From NCBI RefSeq assembly GCF_000146505.1, contig NC_017448.1, positions 270,001 through 302,000 on the forward strand: a stretch of DNA of 32,000 nucleotides, written 5' to 3'. Position numbers and translations under genes: made by a program. Source of the DNA: Fibrobacter succinogenes subsp. succinogenes S85. Lineage in GTDB: Bacteria; Fibrobacterota; Fibrobacteria; Fibrobacterales; Fibrobacteraceae. Of this stretch, positions 1 through 7,992 are shown piece by piece. The notes beneath the pieces were generated by a model. It made no database searches. It was given only the letters and a program-made list of their open reading frames with translations, and had not been told where the DNA came from. Positions within the stretch are counted from its first letter, which is position 1. Each line of letters begins with the position of its first letter.

Positions 1-467
1 CAAAGAAATGCGTGTACATGCGGAAAAGCATGAGCGCCCAGTCCTGGGACTCCGTACCACCTGCACCCGGATGAATAGACATGAGGCATGCACAGGCATC
101 GTCCGGACCGTTCAGCATCTTCTTGAATTCCATCGCTTCAACTCTGGACTTGAGGTCGGCAATGTCGGATTCAAGCGTCGCCGTGAGGTCGGCTGATTCT
201 TCGTCCTTGCTCATTTCGTAAAGCTCGGCAAGGTCGTCGCATGTCTGGGAAACTTCTTTCCAGGAATCAATGAGTCCCTTGAGGTTCCCAATCTTTTTCA
301 TCATCGATTGCGCCTTTTCCTGATCGTTCCACAGGTTCGGGTCGCCGGAATCCTTTTCAAGGACGTAGAGTTCTTCGGTCTTTGCCTCTAAGTCAAAGAT
401 ACCCCCAGAGTTTATCGATGCGGCTGCGCAACTCGATAAGCCCAGTATGTGTAGTGTTGAATGCCAT
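1..467 (-). CDS. prfB: Peptide chain release factor 2, 5' part (gene continues beyond the left edge); two frames joined by a programmed +1 frameshift (467..396 then 394..1)
   Basis: Minus-strand ATG at 467..465 with GGAG 7 nt upstream. Frame 0 reads MAFNTTHTGLIELRSRIDKLWGYL, then an in-frame TGA (395..393). The +1 frame continues DLEAKTEELYVLEKDSGDPNLWNDQEKAQ...MSIHPGAGGTESQDWALMLFRMYTHFF to position 1, the RF2 'AGAGGTE.QDWA.ML.RMY' signature. It is absent from the ORF track because it is split and open-ended. Confidence 0.9.
392..406 (-). promoter_or_regulatory. RF2 autoregulatory +1 frameshift site
   Basis: The minus strand reads GGGGG TAT CTT TGA C: an internal SD-like element, a 3-nt spacer, slippery CUU, and an in-frame UGA followed by C. 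This is the same arrangement as the classical E. coli prfB site. Confidence 0.85.
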
Positions 468-504
468 TTACAACTCCATTTTTCAAATTTTTCTGGTCTT
501 CCAG

Positions 505-532
505 AACAAAAGAGGATGCCATTTAGCATCCT
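505..532 (-). terminator. Putative intrinsic terminator after the PPIase gene
   Basis: The minus strand has AGGATGC-TAAATG-GCATCCT (7-bp stem) followed by CTTTTGTTC. A second GC-rich hairpin (GGGCGC..GCGCCC, 542-560) lies just upstream but has no U-tract. Confidence 0.4.
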
Positions 533-573
533 TGGGGTAATGGGGCGCACGTTGGCGCCCTCTTAGCTCTAAA

Positions 574-1581
574 TTACTTAGTAGCGCCGATTGCCTGAGG
601 CGGTTCGTACTTCTTGTCGAGGTACTGGACCTTGTAGGTCTTGCCGAGGTCATCAAGGTAAGCCTTGAGCTTAGCCTGGCGTTCCTGTTCAGCCTGCACA
701 CGGAGAATGTAATCAATCTGGTGCTTGTAGCTTTCAAACTTGCCGTCATTCTTTTCGGTAAGCATGAAGATAGAGACACCGTCATTTTCCGTGATAACTT
801 CAGAGATATCACCGACCTTGATCTTGCCGACAGCCTTAGCGAAAGCTGCGCTCTTGGACTTGGCAACAAACTTGTTCATGATGCCGCCCGTCTTCTTGGC
901 TTCCTTGTCGTCGCTATACATGGCTGCGAGCTGAGCAAACGTAGCCTTCTTGGAGCGAACCTGGGCTGCAAGACCCTTCAACATATCCTTGGCGTCGCTG
1001 ATTTCCTGAGCATTCTTACCCTTGGTAGAGATAAAGATGCGGGCGCCGCTAATCGTATCGTTGATAGCAACCTTGCTCTTGTTGAGCTGCCAGAAAGCTT
1101 CGAGATCCTTTTCGGTCGGAGCAGACGGATATGGGACCTTCTTTTCAAGAATCTGTTCGCTCTTGAGCTGGTCTTCAATCTTTTCCTTGAATTGCTTCAT
1201 CGTCGTGTTAGACTTCTTGAGTTCCTTCTGGAAAGCGTCTTCGCTCGGGAACTGCTTCTTGAAGAGGTTGGTCAAGCTATCTACCTTAGCCGGAGCGACC
1301 TTGATACCCATCTTCTTTGCTTCAAGTTTGATGAGTTCTTGGCCAACGAGATTATCAACAACTGCATAGCGAAGTTGGGTCATCATTTCGTCGGTCAACT
1401 TCTGGCCCGGAGCCTGCTGTTGGCCAAGCATGGTAGCAAGGCTATCAATCTTACCAGCAGAAATACCCGTCTTTTCGACGCGGATGACATCGAGACTTTT
1501 CGAATTCATCAACTGAGCAGAAGCAATACCGGCGGTAAGGAGCACGGCAGCAGCACCACGAGAAATGAGTTTAAGAGACAT
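574..1581 (-). CDS. Periplasmic peptidyl-prolyl cis-trans isomerase, SurA/PrsA (parvulin) family
   Basis: 335-aa ORF with a signal peptide (MSLKLISRGAAAVLLTAGIASAQ). A SurA-N-like helical region is followed by a parvulin block (ARIFISTKGKN...FAQLAAMYSDDKEAKKTGGIMNKF...GDISEVITENDGVSIFML). Confidence 0.8.
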   Translation of the reverse strand: MSLKLISRGAAAVLLTAGIASAQLMNSKSLDVIRVEKTGISAGKIDSLATMLGQQQAPGQKLTDEMMTQLRYAVVDNLVGQELIKLEAKKMGIKVAPAKVDSLTNLFKKQFPSEDAFQKELKKSNTTMKQFKEKIEDQLKSEQILEKKVPYPSAPTEKDLEAFWQLNKSKVAINDTISGARIFISTKGKNAQEISDAKDMLKGLAAQVRSKKATFAQLAAMYSDDKEAKKTGGIMNKFVAKSKSAAFAKAVGKIKVGDISEVITENDGVSIFMLTEKNDGKFESYKHQIDYILRVQAEQERQAKLKAYLDDLGKTYKVQYLDKKYEPPQAIGATK

Positions 1582-1741
1582 TATTTATCCTTTTATTAAA
1601 AAATCAAGGGTTTTAAAAATTCAAGGGTTAATATAGAAAACTTACAACACGCAAAAGCCCACTCTGTGTGATTTTACGCAAACAAAACAATGTTCTTACA
1701 AAAAATTGAAGTTATGGCTCGTTTTTGCTAAATTATTGCAC

Positions 1742-2605
1742 ATGAACAAGATTAAAGTATATACGTTGCAAGGCAAGTGGACCGGGGATTTCGATTCCAA
1801 TAACAAGTGGTATAAGGACGAAGCGCTCAAGCTCAAGGGCAAGGACATTGATTTACTCGTCCTCCCCGAACTTTTCCACACTCCTTACTTCCCGTTCGAA
1901 GAAAACGCAGACTTTTTCGATTTGGCGATTGAAAAGGATCACCCGATTGTCGCTGAATGGCAAGAAATTGCAAAGGAACTGAACGCCGTTGTCGTGTTCC
2001 CGTTCTTTGAAAAGCGCGCCCGTGGCATTTACCACAACTCCGCATTCGTATTTGAACGCGATGGAAGCATCGCTGGGCTTTACCGCAAGAGCCATATTCC
2101 CGATGACCCCGCCTTCTACGAAAAGTATTACTTTATTCCAGGTGACACCGGTTTTGAACCAATCAAGACCAGCGCCGGTACGCTCGGCGTACTTATTTGC
2201 TGGGACCAGTGGTTCCCCGAAGCAGCCCGCATCATGAGCCTCAAGGGCGCCGACGTGCTTATCTACCCGACCGCTATCGGCTGGATGGATTCTGAGCCCA
2301 AGGAAATTTACCCGAGACAGCAAGATAGCTGGATGACAGTCATGCGCGGACACGCCATTGCAAACCGCACGTTCGTGATTGCAGCCAACCGCTCAGGCGT
2401 CGAAGGACACCTCACGTTCTGGGGTACAAGTTTTGTCGCAGCACCGGATGGTTACATCTTGCAAAAGTGCGATCCTGAATTCCTGGGTGCAAGCTATGTT
2501 GAACTTGACCTTGCCGAAACCGAAGAAAATCGCCGCTGGTGGCCGCATTTCCGCGACAGACGCGTGGACTTGTACAAGGACATCCTCAAGATTTGGGCAG
2601 ATTAA
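1742..2605 (+). CDS. aguB: N-carbamoylputrescine amidase (carbon-nitrogen hydrolase family)
   Basis: Catalytic-Cys block LICWDQWFPEAARIMSLKGADVLIYPTAIGW, typical of this CN-hydrolase subfamily. It sits next to agmatine deiminase. The ATG at 1742 (MNKIKVYTLQ) is preferred over the TTG that opens the track ORF at 1706. Confidence 0.88.
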   Translation: MNKIKVYTLQGKWTGDFDSNNKWYKDEALKLKGKDIDLLVLPELFHTPYFPFEENADFFDLAIEKDHPIVAEWQEIAKELNAVVVFPFFEKRARGIYHNSAFVFERDGSIAGLYRKSHIPDDPAFYEKYYFIPGDTGFEPIKTSAGTLGVLICWDQWFPEAARIMSLKGADVLIYPTAIGWMDSEPKEIYPRQQDSWMTVMRGHAIANRTFVIAANRSGVEGHLTFWGTSFVAAPDGYILQKCDPEFLGASYVELDLAETEENRRWWPHFRDRRVDLYKDILKIWAD

Positions 2606-2644
2606 GGCGGCGGAGCCGCAGTAGACAGTAGGAAGTAGACAGTG

Positions 2645-2677
2645 ATTAGGAATTAGGACTTTTCCTAAGACCTAAAA
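2645..2677 (+). repeat. Intercistronic imperfect hairpin built from tandem heptamers (ATTAGGA x2 / CCTAAGA-CCTAAAA)
   Basis: ATTAGGAATTAGGA-CTTT-TCCTAAGACCTAA, with 11 of 14 positions pairing. It is preceded by the 10-bp direct repeat AGTAGACAGT (2620-2629 and 2634-2643). Confidence 0.5.
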
Positions 2678-2704
2678 CCTACAACCCTTTAAAGGACTTA
2701 TTAC

Positions 2705-3730
2705 ATGACAACGAAATCTTCTGTCCGCTATCCGGCGGAATGGGAAAAGCAGAGTGCCACGTGGCTTGCATTCCCGCACAACAAGACGAACTGGTATGGT
2801 GAACGCGGCATCAACATCCGCAAGTTCTATGTAGAGCTTATCCGTAACATTACGGAATTCCAGCCGGTGAATCTGTTGCTCCCCGCCAAGAACTTCTTGA
2901 CCGACGAAGAAAAGGCAGCTCTCGCCAATCGTCCGTTCCCGGTGAACTTTATCGTCATCAAGACGAACGACATCTGGATTCGCGACTACGGTCCGTTCTT
3001 TATGAAAAAGGGCGACAAGAAGGTCGTTACCGAAACGCAGTTTAACGCCTGGGGTGCCAAGTTCCCGCCATGGGGACTCGACAACGCCATTCCGCAGAAG
3101 ATTGCCGAAAAGCAGGGACTCCCGCTCAACGAAAGCGTCCCGTTCATCTTTGAAGGCGGCGCTATTGAAGTCAACGGAGACGGTCTCGGCATAACGACTG
3201 AAGACTGCCTTGTCGGCAAGAACCGCAATGACGAAAAGGACTTGAAAAAGGTCGTGAAATCTCTCTGCAAGGCATTCGGCCTCAAGGAAATGCTCGTGCT
3301 CCCGCACGGATTACACGGTGACCACACGGACGGCCATATCGATAACGTCGCACGCTTTGTCGCTAAAGACAGAGTCGTCATGTGCATGACGGACAACAAG
3401 CGCTCCCCCAACTACGCGATTTTGACCGAAGCCCAGCAGTTCATCGAAAGCTGGCTCAAGGAACATTACGAAACCGCAAAGGTCGATACGCTCCCGCTCC
3501 CGCCGCAGCGCGTGCTCGATGACGGACAAATTCTCCCGGCATCGTACATGAACTACATTTATGTGAACGGAGGACTTATCTTCCCGAAATACAAATGCCC
3601 GAACGACGCGAAGGCCAAGAAGTATTTTGAGAGCGTGTACCCGGATCGCAAGGTAATTGGTATTGATTGCCGTACTGTCATCGAAGAGGGCGGCAGCCTC
3701 CACTGCATGAGCAAGCACGAGAATGAATAA
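2705..3730 (+). CDS. aguA: Agmatine deiminase (Porphyromonas-type peptidyl-arginine deiminase family)
   Basis: 341 aa with motifs IWIRDYGPFF, HGDHTDGHIDN and the C-terminal catalytic-Cys motif EEGGSLHCMS. AAAGGA lies upstream of the ATG. Confidence 0.92.
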   Translation: MTTKSSVRYPAEWEKQSATWLAFPHNKTNWYGERGINIRKFYVELIRNITEFQPVNLLLPAKNFLTDEEKAALANRPFPVNFIVIKTNDIWIRDYGPFFMKKGDKKVVTETQFNAWGAKFPPWGLDNAIPQKIAEKQGLPLNESVPFIFEGGAIEVNGDGLGITTEDCLVGKNRNDEKDLKKVVKSLCKAFGLKEMLVLPHGLHGDHTDGHIDNVARFVAKDRVVMCMTDNKRSPNYAILTEAQQFIESWLKEHYETAKVDTLPLPPQRVLDDGQILPASYMNYIYVNGGLIFPKYKCPNDAKAKKYFESVYPDRKVIGIDCRTVIEEGGSLHCMSKHENE

Positions 3731-3749
3731 AAGCACCTTCGGTGCAGTT

Positions 3750-3836
3750 GGCAGAACTTAGTCGGCAGAACTTAGAAATGCTTAAAGATAATAGAGAGTG
3801 TTCTAAGTTCTAAGAGCGAAGCGAGCTAAGTTCTAC
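3750..3836. repeat. Nested inverted repeat made of doubled 11-12-mers between convergent genes
   Basis: GGCAGAACTTAG occurs twice (3750-3761, 3764-3775). It faces CTAAGTTCT at 3803-3811 and CTAAGTTCTAC at 3826-3836, with an extra overlapping CTAAG at 3810-3814. There is no U-tract. A small GCACC-TTC-GGTGC hairpin lies at 3733-3745. Confidence 0.55.
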
Positions 3837-3840
3837 AATC

Positions 3841-4428
3841 CTATTTGCACTTCTTAGCTTTTGCGATTGCTTCTTTTGCTAGTTTATCTACAAGCTCATT
3901 CCACTTGACGCCAGTATGGGCGGCGACCTTTTCGAACTGCACTCGGTGCAAATAAGGTTTTGCAGCCGCCACATACATCTTGGCGATATTACTCTTAGCT
4001 TGCCATTCTCCCTTAGCCCAGCGCGCAATGCCTTCGTAGTCGTGGCAAATAACGCCCTTCATATCGTGCGCATCTAGCCATCTCATCGCCTGGAACGAAG
4101 CCATCACTTCCCCATCGATATTCCTACTTTCAGCATCGAATGCCGTAATTCCCGAACCACGGGCAAGTTCGTTGTCGTCTTCAGTTACAACAAACGCCCA
4201 GCCGGCAGGGCCAAATCCCGGCGAAAACGAACCATCGACAAATACACGAATCCCATCGGGCGCAGGAGCCTCCATTCCGTCGAGCCAAGCCTGAGCCTCC
4301 TCGCGGGAACCGAAGGATTTGAACAAAACACCTTTAACCCCATGCGTGAGCTTAAGGCACTCGTCCCATGTGGTTACGATTTTCTTTTCATTTTCGCTTT
4401 TTACGGCATAGAACTTCTGTTTAGGCAT
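3841..4428 (-). CDS. Ribonuclease H1-type protein (N-terminal hybrid-binding/Cauli_VI domain + RNase H domain)
   Basis: The N-terminus KFYAVKSENEKKIVTTWDECLKLTHGVKGVLFKSFGSREEAQAWL matches the RNase H1 N-terminal domain pattern. The C-terminal part carries RNase H acidic positions (VFVDGS, DGEVMA, CHDYEG, NELVDKLAKEA). Confidence 0.8.
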   Translation of the reverse strand: MPKQKFYAVKSENEKKIVTTWDECLKLTHGVKGVLFKSFGSREEAQAWLDGMEAPAPDGIRVFVDGSFSPGFGPAGWAFVVTEDDNELARGSGITAFDAESRNIDGEVMASFQAMRWLDAHDMKGVICHDYEGIARWAKGEWQAKSNIAKMYVAAAKPYLHRVQFEKVAAHTGVKWNELVDKLAKEAIAKAKKCK

Positions 4429-4476
4429 GGCCCAAATTTAATATATTTCTACTGAAATAAAAAAATAGGAGCCTCT

Positions 4477-5043
4477 TTGTTTTCTTCTCGATACTTTGCT
4501 GATGGCAAACGATATTTCGCAATGCGTTTACTCTGTAAGCCATTGCTATACCGTTGGTTCCTCCGCAAGGCGGGATATAACAAGAGTTCAGATACATTTT
4601 CGTTTCCACAGTCGCTGCAAGATCACGAAAAAACGGTGTTCTTTATGCCTGAGGACAAAAAAATCGCCAAGGTCATTCTGGACGAACTCCCCGAAGAGAG
4701 TTTCAAGTCCATTTTATTCATTGCCCATAGCGATTTAGAGGCCCTCTTGCAGAAAAAAAAGGCTACAGCCTCTTATTACACCGATAAAGATTGCCGCTAT
4801 GGCGAACCACTATTCGATAGACTAGAATATCAGGTAAAAACTTACGCCCCCCTCGCTTGTGTCTATCTGGGAACTTACAAACCACAGTTTTTGTACCTCG
4901 CCTTAATCAGTGGTGCTGTACTACGCGTTGGATTCGATTGCGCTCGTGAATATCCGTTCTTAAACTTGAGCCTACATGCGCTCAAGACTATTTCACCTGC
5001 AAGGATGATGGCTCGCTATTTTTCAAAGGATAACGAGGATTAG
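4477..5043 (+). CDS. Hypothetical protein (no family recognised)
   Basis: 188-aa ORF opening with TTG 5 nt after AGGAG (4467-4471). In-frame ATG alternatives are at 4522 and 4648. It stops 2 nt before the PHP gene start, suggesting co-translation. Confidence 0.5.
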   Translation: MFSSRYFADGKRYFAMRLLCKPLLYRWFLRKAGYNKSSDTFSFPQSLQDHEKTVFFMPEDKKIAKVILDELPEESFKSILFIAHSDLEALLQKKKATASYYTDKDCRYGEPLFDRLEYQVKTYAPLACVYLGTYKPQFLYLALISGAVLRVGFDCAREYPFLNLSLHALKTISPARMMARYFSKDNED

Positions 5044-5045
5044 CC

Positions 5046-5918
5046 ATGCAAAAGATGTTTTCGACAATCATCACCGAAAATGGCGGCTATGCAGACTTGC
5101 ACATGCACACCAAGCTCTCTGACGGCACTCTATCCGTTGATGAGTTGCTCATGCTCTGCAAGCGCAAAGGTCTCCGTTGCATTTCTATCACGGATCACGA
5201 CAACCTGGATAGCTATAAGCTAGCCGAAGAGCCCGCCAAGGAAATCGGTCTTGAAATCATCCCAGGGATTGAAATTTCTGCTGTGTGGCAGGGCAAGGAC
5301 ATCCACATTCTGGGTTACTTCTGCGACCCGACGAACCTCGCCTTGAACATGGAACTTGAAGATTTCGCCAAGCAGCGCATCGCACGCGTGAAGGCGATTA
5401 TCAAAAAACTGAACGCGCTCGGCATCGGCATCACATTTGAAAAGGTACATTCGTACTGCAAGGGTAAAATCATCGGTCGCCCGCACATAGCCATGTCGCT
5501 CGTCGATGAAGAATACATTTCAAACTTTTCCGAAGCGTTCACGAAGTACCTCGGTGACGGTTGCATTGCGTTCGTCGAAAAGAAGGGCCTCAATCCGCAA
5601 GAAACAATCCGACTGATTGAAAATGCAGGCGGCATCGCGGTACTCGCCCACCCGTACAAGTCCGGGCTCAGCGACAAGTTCATCGAGAACATGGTAGAAT
5701 GGGGTATCCAGGGCATGGAAGTCTACAGCCCTGCACAAAAGGGTGCTGTTGGCCGCAAGTATAAAGAAATGGCGCAAAGGTTTGGTCTTGTGGGTACAGG
5801 CGGTTCCGACTTCCACACAGAGAACGGGACTTACCCCCCTGGTTGCATGAAAATGCCTTACACCGTTGTTCAAGCGCTCCGTGAAAGGCGCGAAAAGTCC
5901 CGCGCAGAATGGTTCTAA
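5046..5918 (+). CDS. PHP-domain metal-dependent phosphoesterase (TrpH/YciV-like)
   Basis: N-terminal YADLHMHTKLSDGTLSVDELL and ISITDHDNLD, later AHPY and GGSDFH. These are the His/Asp metal ligands of the PHP fold. Confidence 0.85.
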   Translation: MQKMFSTIITENGGYADLHMHTKLSDGTLSVDELLMLCKRKGLRCISITDHDNLDSYKLAEEPAKEIGLEIIPGIEISAVWQGKDIHILGYFCDPTNLALNMELEDFAKQRIARVKAIIKKLNALGIGITFEKVHSYCKGKIIGRPHIAMSLVDEEYISNFSEAFTKYLGDGCIAFVEKKGLNPQETIRLIENAGGIAVLAHPYKSGLSDKFIENMVEWGIQGMEVYSPAQKGAVGRKYKEMAQRFGLVGTGGSDFHTENGTYPPGCMKMPYTVVQALRERREKSRAEWF

Positions 5919-7975
5919 TGAATCGTGGAATTCTTTTTTTAGCTGTTATATGGACGCTGACGACCAGCGTTTTTGCCGATGTCATCCACGCAAAACCGAG
6001 CAAGCTCCCCGCACCGCAGGACTCTGTTTTTGAGACGCCCAATGCCCCCGACCCGGCCCCTCGAGAAACCGATGCTGGACGTTGGGTCATTCCACTGCGC
6101 GAAGTCATGCAGCGTACTTACGATGTCGCGGGACAAAAATCTGAATGGGTGCTTGGCACGTCCATCCTTGGCAGTCCGGAACTTCCGGCAAAGTCTCTTG
6201 GCATAGGTAGCTTAAGCAAACGCTACCCGAGCAAACTTGCTGGCATTTACACAACGCGTTTAAGCTATGACGCCTCTACGCTTGCGCTTAACGGCGAAAA
6301 CGGCATTCTATTTGAGGAGCGACACGGCATCCCGGTCGATACGCCAATTACAGACGTGAACTGGGAACGAGGAGCATTCGAAGGAAACGCCCTGCGCCTT
6401 GAATTCCGCCGCCTTATTACAGATTCTGTGACGCTCGATCTCGGTGTATCAAGCCATTCCGACATGCTTTCGAAGCCCTACGAATACCAACCCGTGACGC
6501 ATTCGCCATTCTTTGCTCTCGGCCGTGACTCCACGCAAATTCCGTTTGGCGGTCGAAACATCGCGATGAACAGCATGCACCTCCAGCCCATAGTCACTTG
6601 GCGATTTGGCTACGGCAAGGCTTTTGTTAAGATAAACTATTTAAGCCTTGACAACGCCGACAATACAACGCATAAAGTTCTGCTCGATACACTTGACCCG
6701 ACAGCCCGCAATTTCCAGACGGACCCGTACAGGATTATCATTGAATCTCGCACGTATGGCGGTGGCGTTGAATTCTACCCCATCAAGGATTTGACGCTCG
6801 GCACAGAAATCCACTATGGAAATCATGAAATAGAACTGCGCAATCTTTCCAAAATTATAAAAGGCTCGGACACAACTTACAACGAAAACGGGCTACGCAG
6901 CATCACTACCAGCTATTACGACACTAGCAAAGTCCGCAACTACGAAACAATTCTCGGAAACTTCGATATTCGTTACAGTTCATTCCTGAACCCGCGAATC
7001 CGTTTTGAATATGAATTCCTCAACACCGAAGAATCGGGCCACGAAAAGACTAAGCAAAAATTCTATCAAGACCGCGAAATTGGCTACGCTGAAGTTTCGG
7101 ACACACTATTCGGAAAAGCTCTGTTCCGCGTGCAAGCCGGCATGCAACGCAACAGTTCGCTTTTGGACTCCGTTGAATTTGCACCCGCATTTTCAATTGA
7201 CGGAACTTACCTGCTCCCCCACGACTTGATGGCAAGCGCCTCGTACCGCCATGACAACAAGTTCCCGGATGTTACGCAACTCAAGCTTGTTGAAACTGGA
7301 AGAGTCGCATTCCCTAACGAGAATCTCAAACACGAAGTACGCGACCGAGTGACAGCAAATCTCGTCTGGCAAAAGCGCGATGTCTTTTATGGTCTAGGCC
7401 TCCGTTACGAGCACGCCAACAACTTGATCAAGCCCCACTGGGCAATTGCAGGAAGAATCGATTCAACGAGTTCATATGATGACATTAACGATGTGACGAT
7501 CTCCGAAGTGACCGATTCCGTACAGTCCGCATTCCGTTACGAAAATCTTGACCACGCCCATACGCTTGACTGGCTCATGCAAGTCGGCTTCCGCCTGGGA
7601 AACTGGAAATTCTACCTGGAACGCGGGCAAAAGATGACACGCACCAAGCTTATCGATACGCCTTCGCTTTACTACAAGGGCAGCATCCATTGGCAGAACC
7701 GTTTTGTCAAGGACAGGCTTGGCGTGAGTGTCCGTGTGGACTTCCAATGGTTTAACAACCGCTACGACTGCACCATCAATGAAAAAGGCGAGCCGGAGCT
7801 CGTCTCTCTCAAGAAATATTTAGCGATGGATTTCGAAGCGCGAATGCAGATTCTTTCGTTTGAGCTCTACAACCGCATCGAGAATTTCAACCACAGCATC
7901 TACGCACCGGAATCCGGCTACACGCCTGAAGGATTGCGATTCGCATACGGCATCGTCTGGACTTTCGGGAATTAG
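5918..7975 (+). CDS. Large secreted protein, probable outer-membrane beta-barrel (family not recognised)
   Basis: Signal peptide MNRGILFLAVIWTLTTSVFA. The start ATG at 5918 overlaps the PHP stop as TAATG; the track ORF starts at 5909. The sequence is long with alternating-hydrophobic, Tyr/Gly/Asn-rich strands and the C-terminus ...FAYGIVWTFGN. Confidence 0.6.
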   Translation: MNRGILFLAVIWTLTTSVFADVIHAKPSKLPAPQDSVFETPNAPDPAPRETDAGRWVIPLREVMQRTYDVAGQKSEWVLGTSILGSPELPAKSLGIGSLSKRYPSKLAGIYTTRLSYDASTLALNGENGILFEERHGIPVDTPITDVNWERGAFEGNALRLEFRRLITDSVTLDLGVSSHSDMLSKPYEYQPVTHSPFFALGRDSTQIPFGGRNIAMNSMHLQPIVTWRFGYGKAFVKINYLSLDNADNTTHKVLLDTLDPTARNFQTDPYRIIIESRTYGGGVEFYPIKDLTLGTEIHYGNHEIELRNLSKIIKGSDTTYNENGLRSITTSYYDTSKVRNYETILGNFDIRYSSFLNPRIRFEYEFLNTEESGHEKTKQKFYQDREIGYAEVSDTLFGKALFRVQAGMQRNSSLLDSVEFAPAFSIDGTYLLPHDLMASASYRHDNKFPDVTQLKLVETGRVAFPNENLKHEVRDRVTANLVWQKRDVFYGLGLRYEHANNLIKPHWAIAGRIDSTSSYDDINDVTISEVTDSVQSAFRYENLDHAHTLDWLMQVGFRLGNWKFYLERGQKMTRTKLIDTPSLYYKGSIHWQNRFVKDRLGVSVRVDFQWFNNRYDCTINEKGEPELVSLKKYLAMDFEARMQILSFELYNRIENFNHSIYAPESGYTPEGLRFAYGIVWTFGN

Positions 7976-7992
7976 GATTGCGGATTCAGGAT

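Noticed and set aside
8-196. 62-aa plus-strand ORF at the left edge
   Set aside because: It lies antisense to the clearly recognisable RF2 coding sequence.
721-1599. 292-aa plus-strand ORF (plus smaller ORFs at 483-869, 740-934, 978-1178 and 1022-1369)
   Set aside because: It lies antisense or out of frame within the PPIase gene. The product is Leu/Arg/Ser-rich and low-complexity with no recognisable motif. This is a typical shadow ORF.
1604-1629. Direct repeat TCAAGGGTT (1604-1612 and 1621-1629) in the PPIase/aguB divergent region
   Set aside because: It is only 9 bp in two copies, within A/T-rich promoter DNA. It could be a binding site, but the sequence alone does not distinguish that from chance.
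2672-3307. 211-aa minus-strand ORF (also 2986-3411 and 3311-3736)
   Set aside because: These lie antisense to agmatine deiminase and have no motifs.
4753-4760. A8 homopolymer inside the 188-aa hypothetical gene as a phase-variation switch
   Set aside because: The tract is short and encodes an ordinary KKK. Several similar A/T runs occur in AT-rich spacers (e.g. around 16612 and 19469). There is no evidence of slippage.
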